Virus record (IMG/VR): IMGVR_UViG_3300042387_002391
DNA length: 64,000 bases
Source of the DNA: a virus
Direction: 5' to 3' (one strand)
Below, piece by piece: positions 41,358 through 51,999 of this stretch. The notes beneath the pieces are model-generated. The model searched no databases. It had not been told where the DNA came from and saw only the letters and a list, made by a program, of their open reading frames with translations. Both the position numbers and the translations under genes were made by a program. The first letter of the stretch is position 1, and each line of letters starts with the position of its first letter.

Positions 41358-41732
41358 TCAAGAATTTGATTCATATTTTTCATATGCTTTAATTGCCTCT
41401 ACTGTTTCTGAATAAAAATTTGGACCAACTACAACAACCATATGTGTTTTAGAAACTTCTTGGAGATGCAGAACAACACCATAAAGTTTTTTAGCAACAT
41501 CTTTCCATTGATCTTTTTCTACAAGAGTTTCTGCAAGTTTGCAACGAAGATCAAAAGCAGCATTGTGTTCTTCTGTTCCGTCTTCTTCGATTGCTTCAAG
41601 TTGCTCTTCGAGATTTTCTTTTTCGACTTCTGTCGCTGCTAGTTGCTGAACAAGTTTAATGTAGATTTCGTCAATTGCTTTTAGATCTTGTTTGAGCTGG
41701 TTATTTTCTTTTTTGAGAGTCTCGCAATTCAT
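41358..41732 (-). CDS. Coiled-coil hypothetical protein
   Basis: 124 aa heptad-rich ORF. Confidence 0.6.
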   Translation of the reverse strand: MNCETLKKENNQLKQDLKAIDEIYIKLVQQLAATEVEKENLEEQLEAIEEDGTEEHNAAFDLRCKLAETLVEKDQWKDVAKKLYGVVLHLQEVSKTHMVVVVGPNFYSETVEAIKAYEKYESNS

Positions 41733-41755
41733 AAAAATATTCTCTTAAATTTTCT

Positions 41756-42523
41756 TCAAAAATCAACTTCCTTGATAAATTTTGGATGAATTCCAGACAT
41801 CACAAATCCTGCATAAAAATAATTTGGTTTGTAATCAAAAGACTCATCCAAATATACATTGTGCAAATCTAACAAAGATTTATCAATTTCCAAGCAAACC
41901 ATTTTTGGAGGTTCTTTTTTGTCTTCTTCAGAAGCTTTTGGATCGCTCTTAATTTTTTCAAATTTGTTTTGTGCTAAAGATTTTTTTAATCCTCGAATAA
42001 CAATTTCTGGCTGTTTTGTAAAAAATAAATAGACCCTACTTCCAGAATGATCAAAAGTTGTCTGGCTATCTTTTGGAAATAAGCCATATTTCAAAATTTT
42101 ATCTTTCTTTTTGAGCGGTGTGACATGAAATAATCTGCAGTCCTCTAGCACGCTTTTTTCTAACAAAATTGGATATTTTGGCTCAAGTTGGTGCATCTTT
42201 GCTCCGCTGATTTCCGAACTCTGAACAATTGTATAACCGTGTGCACTTGCAATTGTTTTTAGAGCATCTAGTTCTTGAAAAGAAGATTTAAACAAAACTG
42301 TCAGCGTGTTTGGTTTTCCAAATTTGTAGTCAAGGTTGCTTTGAAACAAAGGAATGTCTTCGACTTCTAAAATTTGACCTTTAAATTTTTTGAGAAGCAA
42401 TCTCTTCAAATAATCAGACCCATAAGAAACTCCGAGTCCTTCTTCAATAAGAATTTTTTCTTCCTGGCTGCTAGCAAAGCCTTTTCCTAGAATTCTTCTG
42501 CAAGTTTCTTCAAACGCACTCAT
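41756..42523 (-). CDS. ADP-ribosyltransferase/Tpt1-fold protein, paralog of 9443-10210
   Basis: LFHVT...ILKYGLFPK...RVYL...IHPKFI. Confidence 0.55.
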   Translation of the reverse strand: MSAFEETCRRILGKGFASSQEEKILIEEGLGVSYGSDYLKRLLLKKFKGQILEVEDIPLFQSNLDYKFGKPNTLTVLFKSSFQELDALKTIASAHGYTIVQSSEISGAKMHQLEPKYPILLEKSVLEDCRLFHVTPLKKKDKILKYGLFPKDSQTTFDHSGSRVYLFFTKQPEIVIRGLKKSLAQNKFEKIKSDPKASEEDKKEPPKMVCLEIDKSLLDLHNVYLDESFDYKPNYFYAGFVMSGIHPKFIKEVDF

Positions 42524-43058
42524 TTTCTTTTGCCTCTAGAAACTTCCAGTGATCAGCAAAACTTCGGTCGTTTGGAAGATAACCTTGTTCTTTTGCTTGT
42601 TCTCTGCAAAGAACTTTTCTCCAGCCTCCTCTTTGACACAGTGTTCCTGAATTTCCAGTAATTTCACAAGTGTTCAAAGACTCTCTTTCTAGATTCCTCA
42701 AAAGAGCTCGAAAAAGTGTTTTAAAAGGCTCTTGCAAGTTATCATCTCCTTGCCAACATATCGAACCAAACTTTTCTTTAAAGATTGATGAATAAACATA
42801 AGCATCTGGTTGGACAGTGCTTCTTAGGTGAACAACAAGCTGTTGAACAGTGTTAGAAAATTCATCAACAATTTTTGACCAGCCTTGTTCAAACTCAAAA
42901 CCATATCGAAGATTTGTAAAGTTTGGATCTTTTGTCAGCTCTTCAAATCTTTCTCCTTTGTACCATTGCTGAAGCTCGATATTTGGCTCCTTGTAAATCG
43001 AAGGATACTTTTCAACAATTTCTTTTTCCCAATCTTTTAGCTTGTTTGTAAACTCCAT
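42510..43058 (-). CDS. Conserved phage protein (KEKFG family)
   Basis: GW..FKEKFGS...TCEITG; tandem paralog of 43063-43560. Confidence 0.7.
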   Translation of the reverse strand: MEFTNKLKDWEKEIVEKYPSIYKEPNIELQQWYKGERFEELTKDPNFTNLRYGFEFEQGWSKIVDEFSNTVQQLVVHLRSTVQPDAYVYSSIFKEKFGSICWQGDDNLQEPFKTLFRALLRNLERESLNTCEITGNSGTLCQRGGWRKVLCREQAKEQGYLPNDRSFADHWKFLEAKENECV

Positions 43059-43062
43059 ATTT

Positions 43063-43560
43063 TTAATCTTCTTCGTTGTTTCCTGTCGCTAGCTTTGCAT
43101 CTTTCTCTTGCCAATATTTTTCTGTCTCTTCGTCACAAGCAACATATCCAAGTTTTCTTGCTTCTTTGTAAGAAAGAGTTTTAAACCAGCCCCATTTCTT
43201 GCAAGATACTCCACTCTCTCCACTAACTTCGCAAGTGTACTCTGACTTTCTTTCTGCTTCAGAAACAATGTCGTCGATAATATCGCTTTCGATTTCATTT
43301 GCTCCTTCAACATAATGATAAAAACGCAGCGATGAAAGTTTCTCTTTAACGGTCGTTGCAACTACCTGCACTTCTCTACCGTCCTTTGAGCAGATGTCAC
43401 AAAAGTACTGGAGTTTTTCTAAACACTTCTCGATAAGTTCTAGCCAGCCATTTTCATGCTGAAAACCAAAGCACATTGAAGTGTGCATCGGATCGCCTCC
43501 ATAATCTTTAAGAATTTTTGGATATTTTTCTACAAGTTTGAGTTCCAGCTCTTTGTCCAT
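43063..43560 (-). CDS. Conserved phage protein (KEKFG family)
   Basis: ENGW..VKEKLSSLRFY...TCEVSG. Confidence 0.7.
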   Translation of the reverse strand: MDKELELKLVEKYPKILKDYGGDPMHTSMCFGFQHENGWLELIEKCLEKLQYFCDICSKDGREVQVVATTVKEKLSSLRFYHYVEGANEIESDIIDDIVSEAERKSEYTCEVSGESGVSCKKWGWFKTLSYKEARKLGYVACDEETEKYWQEKDAKLATGNNEED

Positions 43561-43590
43561 GATTCTAGAATAACCTATTTCTTTAAGGTT

Positions 43591-43899
43591 TCAAGCAAAT
43601 TTAGAAAACTTTTTTCTGCCTTTTGTTTGTTTATGGCTGACTACTGCTCCGGGATGCTTTTGTCTCCAAGCAATCCATTTTGCAATTTCTTCGTGTTCCT
43701 TTAAAGTCTCGATCGAAGCAAAGCTCTTTTCGATTTGTTTGTTTGTTAAGGTTGTGTGAATTTGTTTGTGACAATCTTCACATAACAAAACTGTTTCTGT
43801 TCCTCCTTGAGATTTTGGAAGAACATGATGTTTTGAAGTTCCTTCTGAAACCTCGCACAAAGCACAAATTACAATTTTTGGTTGATTAGTTTGATCCAT
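43591..43899 (-). CDS. Small HNH endonuclease
   Basis: CALC...HHVLPKSQGG...LCEDCHKQIH. Confidence 0.85.
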   Translation of the reverse strand: MDQTNQPKIVICALCEVSEGTSKHHVLPKSQGGTETVLLCEDCHKQIHTTLTNKQIEKSFASIETLKEHEEIAKWIAWRQKHPGAVVSHKQTKGRKKFSKFA

Positions 43900-44942
43900 T
43901 GTTCTTTTGTGATCAATTTATTATCAAGAATTGCAAATGCATACGAAGCATTTTGTCTGTAATTTTTTGTAATGTACTGGGCTTGTTCTTTTCTTGTTGC
44001 AACGCTTCTTATGTCATGAACAAAATCCAAAACATTGTTGATGAACTTCTTTGCTGCTTCTCCGTCATTGCAAATCTTTTCAATTTGTCCTTTCAGCCCT
44101 TTTGCAATTTCAAAGTCAAAGTCTGTTTCGATAATTTTATAAAAGTCTTTGAAAGAAGGCATTTCTTTATCAACATAGAGCTCGAGCAAGTTCTTTTCGT
44201 TGTTCAAGGTTGATTTAATGCGATGCAGAAGAAGATATCGGTCAGATTTAGTTTTCTTGAGAACCTGTCCGTTATTTCCGTAAATGACGATTCCTTCTCC
44301 TTTCTTCCATTGATTAACTGATTCAATCATCGAAGAAAGTGAATTAAATTGATACCGAAGAGGTCTTTCTAATTTCCAATCAGAAGCAAGGATGTCCAAA
44401 TCTTTTTGTAGCAGATAAGAATAGTCATTATGTTTTATGACTCCCGTAAGCCACAAAGTTGGCTCTTCTGCTTCTCTTTCAACAATAACATTCCTCGGCG
44501 AATACCATTCACAAACAATTGAGAATTGTTCGCTATTCAAAAGATCATTATCAAAAACTAAGGGATATTTTTGCTTCAAAAAAGGAATCTCATCACCATT
44601 GTCTAAAATAGTTGCATCGCTTGTTCCTCGTGTTCTGACAATCAGCTCTCCTTTGAATTTTGAAATAATCAAAGTAGATCCGTCTAGCTTATGAATAAAC
44701 TCAATATCAGAATCTACGTCGAGCGGTTCAAACTCTAGTTGCTCTCCGATGTTGGTGAATTTTTTCCAAGACGCGCTGATTAATTCCCCTTCATCAGACC
44801 ATATAGAAGAACGGAAAACTTTGTTCTCTTCTGTCCATTTGATTCCAATCTGATGAGGAAAAACAAGATTGCAAGGAGTATTTGCAATGGTGCAATCTCT
44901 AATGCAGAATTCTTCTTCAGACGGAAATTCTTTAACTTTCAT
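43869..44942 (-). CDS. T4 Rnl1-like RNA ligase
   Basis: KKFTN, KLDGS, RTRG, EWYSP, EGIVI, KTKS; promoter at 44949-44977. Confidence 0.85.
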   Translation of the reverse strand: MKVKEFPSEEEFCIRDCTIANTPCNLVFPHQIGIKWTEENKVFRSSIWSDEGELISASWKKFTNIGEQLEFEPLDVDSDIEFIHKLDGSTLIISKFKGELIVRTRGTSDATILDNGDEIPFLKQKYPLVFDNDLLNSEQFSIVCEWYSPRNVIVEREAEEPTLWLTGVIKHNDYSYLLQKDLDILASDWKLERPLRYQFNSLSSMIESVNQWKKGEGIVIYGNNGQVLKKTKSDRYLLLHRIKSTLNNEKNLLELYVDKEMPSFKDFYKIIETDFDFEIAKGLKGQIEKICNDGEAAKKFINNVLDFVHDIRSVATRKEQAQYITKNYRQNASYAFAILDNKLITKEQWIKLINQKL

Positions 44943-44979
44943 TTAGTCATTATCGGACCTCTTCTGCAGACAGTCAACA

Positions 44980-45696
44980 CTAAACTGATCGCTCTCGAAA
45001 CTCATGAATTTCGTCAATATTTAGAAGTCTGTGTACGCAACCATCAATTTCTTCTGACCAAGAATCGTGCATGTGGCCATAAAAATGATATTTTGGTTTA
45101 CAGAGTTCGATGATCCGGTCAATCTTTTCTCGTTCTTCTTTTAGCTCTTTAAGCAAATCAGTTCCGTATTTTTCTTTCTCTTCTTCTGCCCACTCCACAA
45201 CAATTGGAGCAAGTCTTGTTGGAAAGCAATATGTTGCTGTGCTGTGCGTAACAAGAATATCTGCTGGCTGACACAAATCTTCTCTCAGAACGACAACTTC
45301 GTCAGACCAATAAGAAATATATTCTGTTCGACCTTTTCTGTCGATTGAAATTGCTCCGCCAACAAACAAGATTTTTTTATCATTATATTGATAAATTTCA
45401 TAGTCTTCTGGCAAGTGAACGTTTGAGAGTCTATTCCGGAAGAAATTGAATCTGTCCTTGGAGTCATGATTGCCTCTAATGATGACAATGTTGTTGTTAT
45501 GCTCTTCAGCAAGATTGTTAAGTTCGTTCAAAGTTTCTGCTTCTCTATAAACATCTGCAAAGCCCAAGCCAAAATCTCCGACATGAATAATCAAAGAATT
45601 ATCAGAAGCTTCACAAGCAGATTCAATTGCTCTGTTGTTTCCGTGTGTGTCTCCAATAAAAATTAAATTTTGTTTATTAAATGTTTTCATCGCCAT
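44980..45696 (-). CDS. Calcineurin-like metallophosphoesterase
   Basis: GDTHG, VGDFG, RGNHD, GGAISID, YGHMH. Confidence 0.85.
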   Translation of the reverse strand: MAMKTFNKQNLIFIGDTHGNNRAIESACEASDNSLIIHVGDFGLGFADVYREAETLNELNNLAEEHNNNIVIIRGNHDSKDRFNFFRNRLSNVHLPEDYEIYQYNDKKILFVGGAISIDRKGRTEYISYWSDEVVVLREDLCQPADILVTHSTATYCFPTRLAPIVVEWAEEEKEKYGTDLLKELKEEREKIDRIIELCKPKYHFYGHMHDSWSEEIDGCVHRLLNIDEIHEFRERSV

Positions 45697-46200
45697 CTTC
45701 TTTAAATTGTTTTATTTCTTTTTTCAAAATTTCTTTGAGTCCATTCAAGGCCTCTTCGTAAGAATCAAACTCTTCTTCAATATCATGAAGAAGATAACCA
45801 AAATGCTGTGCAAAATATTTTGGTGGTTGTCCGTAACTCCATTTTGTTTCAATGTACCAATGGCAACATCTGTCTTTATGGTGTTCCTTCCCTATTAAAA
45901 AATACCACTCCTCTGTTAATTTTGTAATTTCTTCTACAACGCTCATTTGCAAAAATCTTCATATTTCTTGTTTCTATCTTCAAGAAACTCTGTGAACAGC
46001 ATCTTGTTGTCTTGCTCATCTCCGTTAAAAATGAAGTCAAAGAGCCATCCTTCTCCTTCTTCTGAAAGATTCAAATCTTGCAACAAGTTTTCAAAATATT
46101 GGTTTTGAATTTTTGAAAGTTCATTCAAAAAAGTTTTTGTTTCGAAGATTGCATCGTCCGGATGCTTGTTTGATTTTGTATAATTTTTTGTGTTCATATT

Positions 46201-46932
46201 TTAAAGTTCATAAGGTTCTTGGACAACGACTTGATAATGTCCTTCTTCAGATTGTTCGATTTTTGTTGTTTTTCCTTTCGGAAGTGGCTTTGTTTTGAAA
46301 GCTTTGTCGACAACACTCCAAGCTTCACTAAAGTTTTTTTGATCGAATGCTTTTTGCAAGCTGTTTTGATACTTTGAAGAAACTTTGAAAGACATTTCTG
46401 GTTTCCAGGAAAGAACTTTTGGAAGCGGAACATCCGAAAATTGCATTGCTCCATCACCGCTAACATCCATTACTTTTCTGAAGCCATTGTTCCTTTGATA
46501 ATGCATGTATTGTTCAATAGTTTTCTTGATTTCAAAAGCAACAGTGCCGTCTTTCATTTCTTTGCAGCCAACTCCAAATGAAGAGTTCGGATGATCAAGA
46601 TGAGGATGATTTTTCTTTCGTGCCCATTCTTCACTTTCTTTTACAATCGAACCGCCTTCACTATATTCGTTATCATATTGATCATAAAAGCCACCGTGGC
46701 CATCATAGTTTCGCTCCGGATTCCGAGGAAAGGCAATGTGCCTTATAGTATTCTCAATAAACTGGCTTTCTTCATAAGAAATATGACGATCTCCATAAGC
46801 TGTATCAATCGCCATTTTAATTTGGCCAGATTGAAGACGAGAATATGTCTCCAAAGCTGTTACGAGCGTTGGTAGGTGCTTTTCATCAAACTCGATAACT
46901 ACCTTTTTGGACTCTGCTTTTTTCTTTTTCAT
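46201..46932 (-). CDS. Hypothetical protein
   Basis: 243 aa; ALETYSRLQSGQ. Confidence 0.65.
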   Translation of the reverse strand: MKKKKAESKKVVIEFDEKHLPTLVTALETYSRLQSGQIKMAIDTAYGDRHISYEESQFIENTIRHIAFPRNPERNYDGHGGFYDQYDNEYSEGGSIVKESEEWARKKNHPHLDHPNSSFGVGCKEMKDGTVAFEIKKTIEQYMHYQRNNGFRKVMDVSGDGAMQFSDVPLPKVLSWKPEMSFKVSSKYQNSLQKAFDQKNFSEAWSVVDKAFKTKPLPKGKTTKIEQSEEGHYQVVVQEPYEL

Positions 46933-47435
46933 GATTTACATCAATATTCTACTCTTTTGGCTGGAACGTCAAGAAAAAAGATTTTGGACACTTGATTATT
47001 TTAGAAGGCAAGAAATGCTGTAGGCGACTGTGTAGAAAGAACCGAGAATTAGAACAGCCCAGCAAATTTTGTCAAACCAATTAGCCTTGTCATTGTTGTT
47101 CATTTCTTAGAATAATTATGCTAGCCGACATTTTTGTCATCTCATTTGGTGTTTGATAATTTCAAAACTAACCAAACTTTGTCTGCTAGCAATCTTTCTA
47201 CCTCCATTAAAATGCTTTCATCTACTTCAACGTCTTCAAAAGTATAATTTTCAATCTTTTCTTTGACAAGCTTATCAATTTTTGAAATTTCTGACAAGTC
47301 TCTCAAGTATCTTTTTTCAATTTCTTTTCCTGAATAATTGTCTAAAATTATGTCTTGTTGTTTTGAGTTGTGAGCAATTGATTCATCGCACATTCTCAAA
47401 ATTTCGTCTGCCAAAACTTTTTCGTTCTTTTTCAT

Positions 47436-48101
47436 TCAAAATGGATTTTGTGTGTCCTGACCATGGTGGTCAAAGGTTATAATGCTCTGGTCAAAGCTTT
47501 TCTTGAGTTCATTAAACGAAGGAGGATATTTATATTTTTCTATAGAAACTTCTTTGATCCTGGACTTATAGAGAAGCTTGCCAAGTTCTGACTTTTCTAG
47601 CGTTCCGTGAACATGAGCATGAAACATATAAGAGCCCTTTCCTTGGCCATTCCAAGAAACTATTGGATAGTGAGAGGCAACGACAGCATGACCGTTAATG
47701 AACATTTCTAGGTAATTCGGAGTAATATAAATCTTTTTATTTCCAAGATCAATGCAACCATTTTCGTCAGATTTTTCGAGAAATTGTTTCCAGCCAGCTG
47801 CGTGATTTCCGCTCATCCAATAACATTCTTTGAAGGGAACTCTTGCAAAGAATGAGCTCATGAATTGTTCTGCATTATGTCCAAAGCAAGAGTCACCGAG
47901 CAAGAAAATTATAGAGTCTTCATTGAGATTTTTTCTCCAGTTTTCTTCGAGCGCTTCATTGCTTTCAATAACAGACTCAAAGCCTCTCATTTTCCAAATC
48001 GGAACATCCCACTTTGGATCATGATTTAAATGCAAACATCCCCAGAAGAAAACATTGTTCTCTGGATGTTTGATTTTTAAAGGCTGCAAATAACTTTTCA
48101 C
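47436..48101 (-). CDS. Metallophosphoesterase, paralog of 27833-28519
   Basis: GCLHLNH (first Asp replaced by Cys), LLGD, GNH, SHYP, HAHVH, shared DTxNPF end. Confidence 0.8.
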   Translation of the reverse strand: MKSYLQPLKIKHPENNVFFWGCLHLNHDPKWDVPIWKMRGFESVIESNEALEENWRKNLNEDSIIFLLGDSCFGHNAEQFMSSFFARVPFKECYWMSGNHAAGWKQFLEKSDENGCIDLGNKKIYITPNYLEMFINGHAVVASHYPIVSWNGQGKGSYMFHAHVHGTLEKSELGKLLYKSRIKEVSIEKYKYPPSFNELKKSFDQSIITFDHHGQDTQNPF

Positions 48102-48124
48102 AACCTAAACTGTACGCAAAATTT

Positions 48125-48982
48125 TTAAAGAGCCAACAATTTTTCTTGCTCTTCTTCAAGATCATCATAAAGATCAACTAACCTCTGCTTAAGTTTTTTC
48201 CATTCTCTCGGATGATCTTTTAGAGTCTCGACAAAATCTTCGTGTTTCGACAAGAATTCAGGAATTGGCAACTCTTCGTATTTAAAATATGTTTCTGCTC
48301 CGGACTTGATGAAAACTTTCAGTTCAAGAAGAAATTTTTCCAGCTTTCTCTTCATGATAACTTTCGTTGCTTCTTGTTTTGATTTTTTAATGTCTTCAAC
48401 ACGGCTCCGGAAGTCTTTCTTAATTCTAAAAGCAAGTTCAGTCAAATAAGCATCAAGTTCGATTGGCTCCATATAATAAATGTTAGGATCATATTCCTCT
48501 CCTGCTGACATTTTCTCGACTTCTGCTTTATATTCTTCCGAAGAAGTCTTGTATTGTTGGGTACCATGAGTTAATTCATGAATAAATGTTGCAAGTAATT
48601 CAGTCCGACTCAAATCTTTTGCGTTGTCATCAAATAATATAATAAAATTGTTTGCTTCATCATAAAAGCCAAGAGGCCCGTCATATTCTCCAAAAGCAAC
48701 CATGAAGCTAATCTCCTTTTTCTTATTTGTTGCTAAATCCTTTACTGCAAACTTTTCAGCAAGTGAAATGTTTGTTATGGTTGGTGTCTTGAAGTATTTT
48801 TGCCAAGCAGTAACGATTGCGATTGGAACAGTAATTTTATCAATTTGCTTCTTGGTCTTATTGTGATATTTTTTTAAGTAAATATCCACGCATTTTTTGG
48901 CAACTTCTTCAATATCAGTAGATGCTTCTCGAAATTTTGCTTCTGTTAAACTTCTCTTAAAATATTCTGCAAAACAAATCAT
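48125..48982 (-). CDS. Zinc metalloprotease-like late protein
   Basis: HELTH plus EPIELDAY; GATAAGTA-N5-ATG fixes the start MICFAEYF. Confidence 0.7.
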   Translation of the reverse strand: MICFAEYFKRSLTEAKFREASTDIEEVAKKCVDIYLKKYHNKTKKQIDKITVPIAIVTAWQKYFKTPTITNISLAEKFAVKDLATNKKKEISFMVAFGEYDGPLGFYDEANNFIILFDDNAKDLSRTELLATFIHELTHGTQQYKTSSEEYKAEVEKMSAGEEYDPNIYYMEPIELDAYLTELAFRIKKDFRSRVEDIKKSKQEATKVIMKRKLEKFLLELKVFIKSGAETYFKYEELPIPEFLSKHEDFVETLKDHPREWKKLKQRLVDLYDDLEEEQEKLLAL

Positions 48983-48986
48983 GGAA

Positions 48987-49421
48987 CTACTTATCGAAAA
49001 TTTGGTAATTTCCATCATCGTCCGTGTACAAAACTTCTTTAAATTTGTGATAACGCAGCAAACTAAAGCAAGACATGCATGGTTTTGCAAGAGCAAGCTT
49101 TTTGTTTCTATCATATCGCATATTAACAAGCGTACATTTTTTTGTATCAATATTTGTTAGCCTTTTGAGCTTTATGATAGCCGTAAATTCGCTGCAAGTG
49201 TGCTTTTGATCTGAAAAGTCTTCTCCAGTCCTTACTGAAACTTTTCTGTTTTTTAAGTGTGTTGGATGAGTTTTTTGCAAATTCATTCCGATAGAAATAA
49301 TCTTTTTTTTGTTAAGAATGAACGAAAAATGATTGCATCTTTTGTCGTCCTCCCAATCAACTAACGAAAAAGCAATTTCTTCTAAGCGCTTATAACGAGA
49401 TTTGGGAACATTCGATGCCAT
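48987..49421 (-). CDS. Divergent cytidine deaminase-fold protein
   Basis: IISIGMN, HTCSE, AKPCMSC. Confidence 0.7.
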   Translation of the reverse strand: MASNVPKSRYKRLEEIAFSLVDWEDDKRCNHFSFILNKKKIISIGMNLQKTHPTHLKNRKVSVRTGEDFSDQKHTCSEFTAIIKLKRLTNIDTKKCTLVNMRYDRNKKLALAKPCMSCFSLLRYHKFKEVLYTDDDGNYQIFDK

Positions 49422-49815
49422 TAAATTTAAAGATTTCTATAGCCTTATCGTCCCTAAAATATGTGTCTTTGTAAACAACTTTTTTAATGCCATGAGCAAC
49501 AATCGAAGAGGCACAAGATGAACACGGAAGGAGTGTACAAGCAAGCAATTTGCATTCTCCTCTTTTGAACAAAGAAAGCAAATTAATTTCTGCATGTATC
49601 ATGAAAGGACGGCGAGCATCTCGATCTTTCCAAAAGCATTCATCAACTTCTTTGTTAGAAGCTAGTCCATTATAAGCAACACCAATTACTCTGTTTGAAT
49701 GATCAAGAGCACAAGCTCCAACTTTTACGAAAGGATCTGGACTTCTCAAAGAAGCGACATCAGCAAGTCTCAGAGCATATTCTTCCCAAGAAATTCTGTC
49801 AGTCTTCGTCGTCAT
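49390..49815 (-). CDS. dCMP deaminase
   Basis: RSPDP..KVGA, AYNG, HAE, PCSSC. Confidence 0.9.
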   Translation of the reverse strand: MTTKTDRISWEEYALRLADVASLRSPDPFVKVGACALDHSNRVIGVAYNGLASNKEVDECFWKDRDARRPFMIHAEINLLSLFKRGECKLLACTLLPCSSCASSIVAHGIKKVVYKDTYFRDDKAIEIFKFNGIECSQISL

Positions 49816-50066
49816 CGTCCGGAAATTTCATCACAACATCATATTGGAAGCGCTCTTGCATCAAAATCTTTAGAGCATGATTAAACTTTTCTTCGTATTC
49901 AATCTGATTCTCGTCTGGAACGGTCTTCATCACGGTTTCGAAAAGAGCTGTAACAAGAGCTGCCAATGAAGTCGGACAAATTTCAAATTCTCCAACAATC
50001 CTTATAGCCGGATCTTCATCAAATAAACCAAGCTCAAACAAGGGCTTATAACCTTCGAAAAAGTCT

Positions 50067-50354
50067 TCAGTCATTTCGCTTGTGTTGTTTTACAATTTGT
50101 TCAAGAATTTCAGAAATTATTTCGTTAACGGAAACATCTTTATCGCAAGACTCAGCAATAAGAAATTCAAGAATTTCTCTATCAAATTCTGCAAAATCGA
50201 TATCAATCGTTTCGAATTTTTTAAGAGCAATGCTATCATCTCCCTGAACTTCCCAGGTGAATTTATCACCTTCTTTAATATTCAATTGTTCCAGTTCTTC
50301 TTTGGTAAATTGAACAAAGCACTCTTCTGAACGCTGGATTGTTTTCTTGATCAT
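50067..50354 (-). CDS. AbrB/MazE-like DNA-binding protein
   Basis: FVQFTKEELEQLNIKEGDKFTW. Confidence 0.55.
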   Translation of the reverse strand: MIKKTIQRSEECFVQFTKEELEQLNIKEGDKFTWEVQGDDSIALKKFETIDIDFAEFDREILEFLIAESCDKDVSVNEIISEILEQIVKQHKRND

Positions 50355-50949
50355 TTTAGCGGCTCCAAGAAGATGGTTTGTCCTCAGAAAGAAGTTCTCT
50401 GCCTTCACAGTCATAGCCACAGCAGCTTTCTGATTCACTCTGAATGACTCCAATCGTTTCTCCGTCATTCAAACGGAAGCCGCAAGCAAGCAAAAAGTTT
50501 TCAAACGCTTGACAAGCTTCTGTAATTGTGCTTTCTCCGTCGATTGCATAATCAATCTTTGTTTCCGGATAGCTATAAAAATTAGCAGAATAGCCTTCGT
50601 GATTGTATGTGAACTTGATGTTAGTTTTTGATTTTTCGTACATATGTTTGTTATTTTGTTTTTAGATGTTCTTTTACTGTTTCCCAAAGAGATGGAATAT
50701 CATAGCATATTTCATTACCATTCTTATCGGTTGCAAGATTTACCTTATTGTTGAAGCCAATCCTCTCATAAAGATACCAATCAATCCAACCGTGACCTTC
50801 TTCATCAAAAATGCTATCCATAAGAATGTTAATAATCTTATAATATTCGTCTTCGAAGTTTATCAAATCCAACCCTAAATCATATATAGCAGATGATCTT
50901 TCTCTAACTTTTTCTGTCGTTTCTATCAGACTTTTAAATTGTTCGTAAT

Positions 50950-51543
50950 TCATTGATTGTTCCTTATGATGAAGCTATTAATGTCGCCAAAGAATCTTGA
51001 AATGTTATAGCAAATCTTGCCAACTTTATTCCAGAACCAGAACCACCCAGAATACTTTTTGAGCTTATAAGAAAAGCTTTTTTTCTTCTTTTCCTGTTCT
51101 TTCCAAAATTCGTCCATTCTAATTTTGCGGCACTCATGCTTTTCTGTCTTCACAAGCTCAATCTTATCAAGCTTTCCGTACGTAAAATAAGCTTCAAAAT
51201 CTGCCCAAATATCTTCTTCCTCAGAAAGATCGAACATTTCATAAAACTTAATTGTGCCATGAAAATTAACTTGTTTTGTATATTGCTTGGAAATTTTCTG
51301 ATCTTTTACAATATTCCAAGGTTTATGATCCTTTTGCTTCTTTTCTTCTTCTGTATAGTAGGTATACTCATACTCTATAATATCCTCTATAAGAGCACCG
51401 TCTTCAGTAATAACATAATTCTCCAGACAATTATCTAAATCTTTAGTTTGGAACTGTACTTCGTCCCAAACAACATTAAGTTTTTTGAGCTCATCGTTAA
51501 GCGGCAATTCTTTTTTGCATTTGATATATGAAAACATTCCCAT
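50950..51543 (-). CDS. Conserved hypothetical phage protein
   Basis: MGMFSYIKC...FQTKDLD...FHGTIKFY. Confidence 0.7.
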   Translation of the reverse strand: MGMFSYIKCKKELPLNDELKKLNVVWDEVQFQTKDLDNCLENYVITEDGALIEDIIEYEYTYYTEEEKKQKDHKPWNIVKDQKISKQYTKQVNFHGTIKFYEMFDLSEEEDIWADFEAYFTYGKLDKIELVKTEKHECRKIRMDEFWKEQEKKKKSFSYKLKKYSGWFWFWNKVGKICYNISRFFGDINSFIIRNNQ

Positions 51544-51999
51544 GAGTTATTTTGCCTTTCTAAGGTTTTTTATTTCTTCTTCAGACTACTTCAAAAACGA
51601 AGTTTGTCAACAAAATTAATCCTCCTCTTTGATGTCAAGAAGATTTTTCAGCAGATCAATTGATCTACCTGTTAATTCGCAAGAATCCCAGTCTCGAAAG
51701 TCACAACTTGTTTGAAACTGCTCATCATATTCTTCAAATTTCTTGCGCAAAAATGTTTTGAAAGTTTCTGATGCGTTCTTTTTTATGATGTCTAAAAAGA
51801 GTTCGATTTCTTCATCTGTCAAATGTAGCCCAATCATAGCCCCGTCATGCTTTGAGCCATAATTGAACTCAATTTTAATTTCTACGGGAGGATGCAACTC
51901 CCCAAAGCACTTCCCAGAAAAGTCTGAATAATAAGTTGCTTCCTCTCTTTCTGCTGGCTTAGTAATTTTTTTCATCGATAAGATGATCAAACAAATTTT

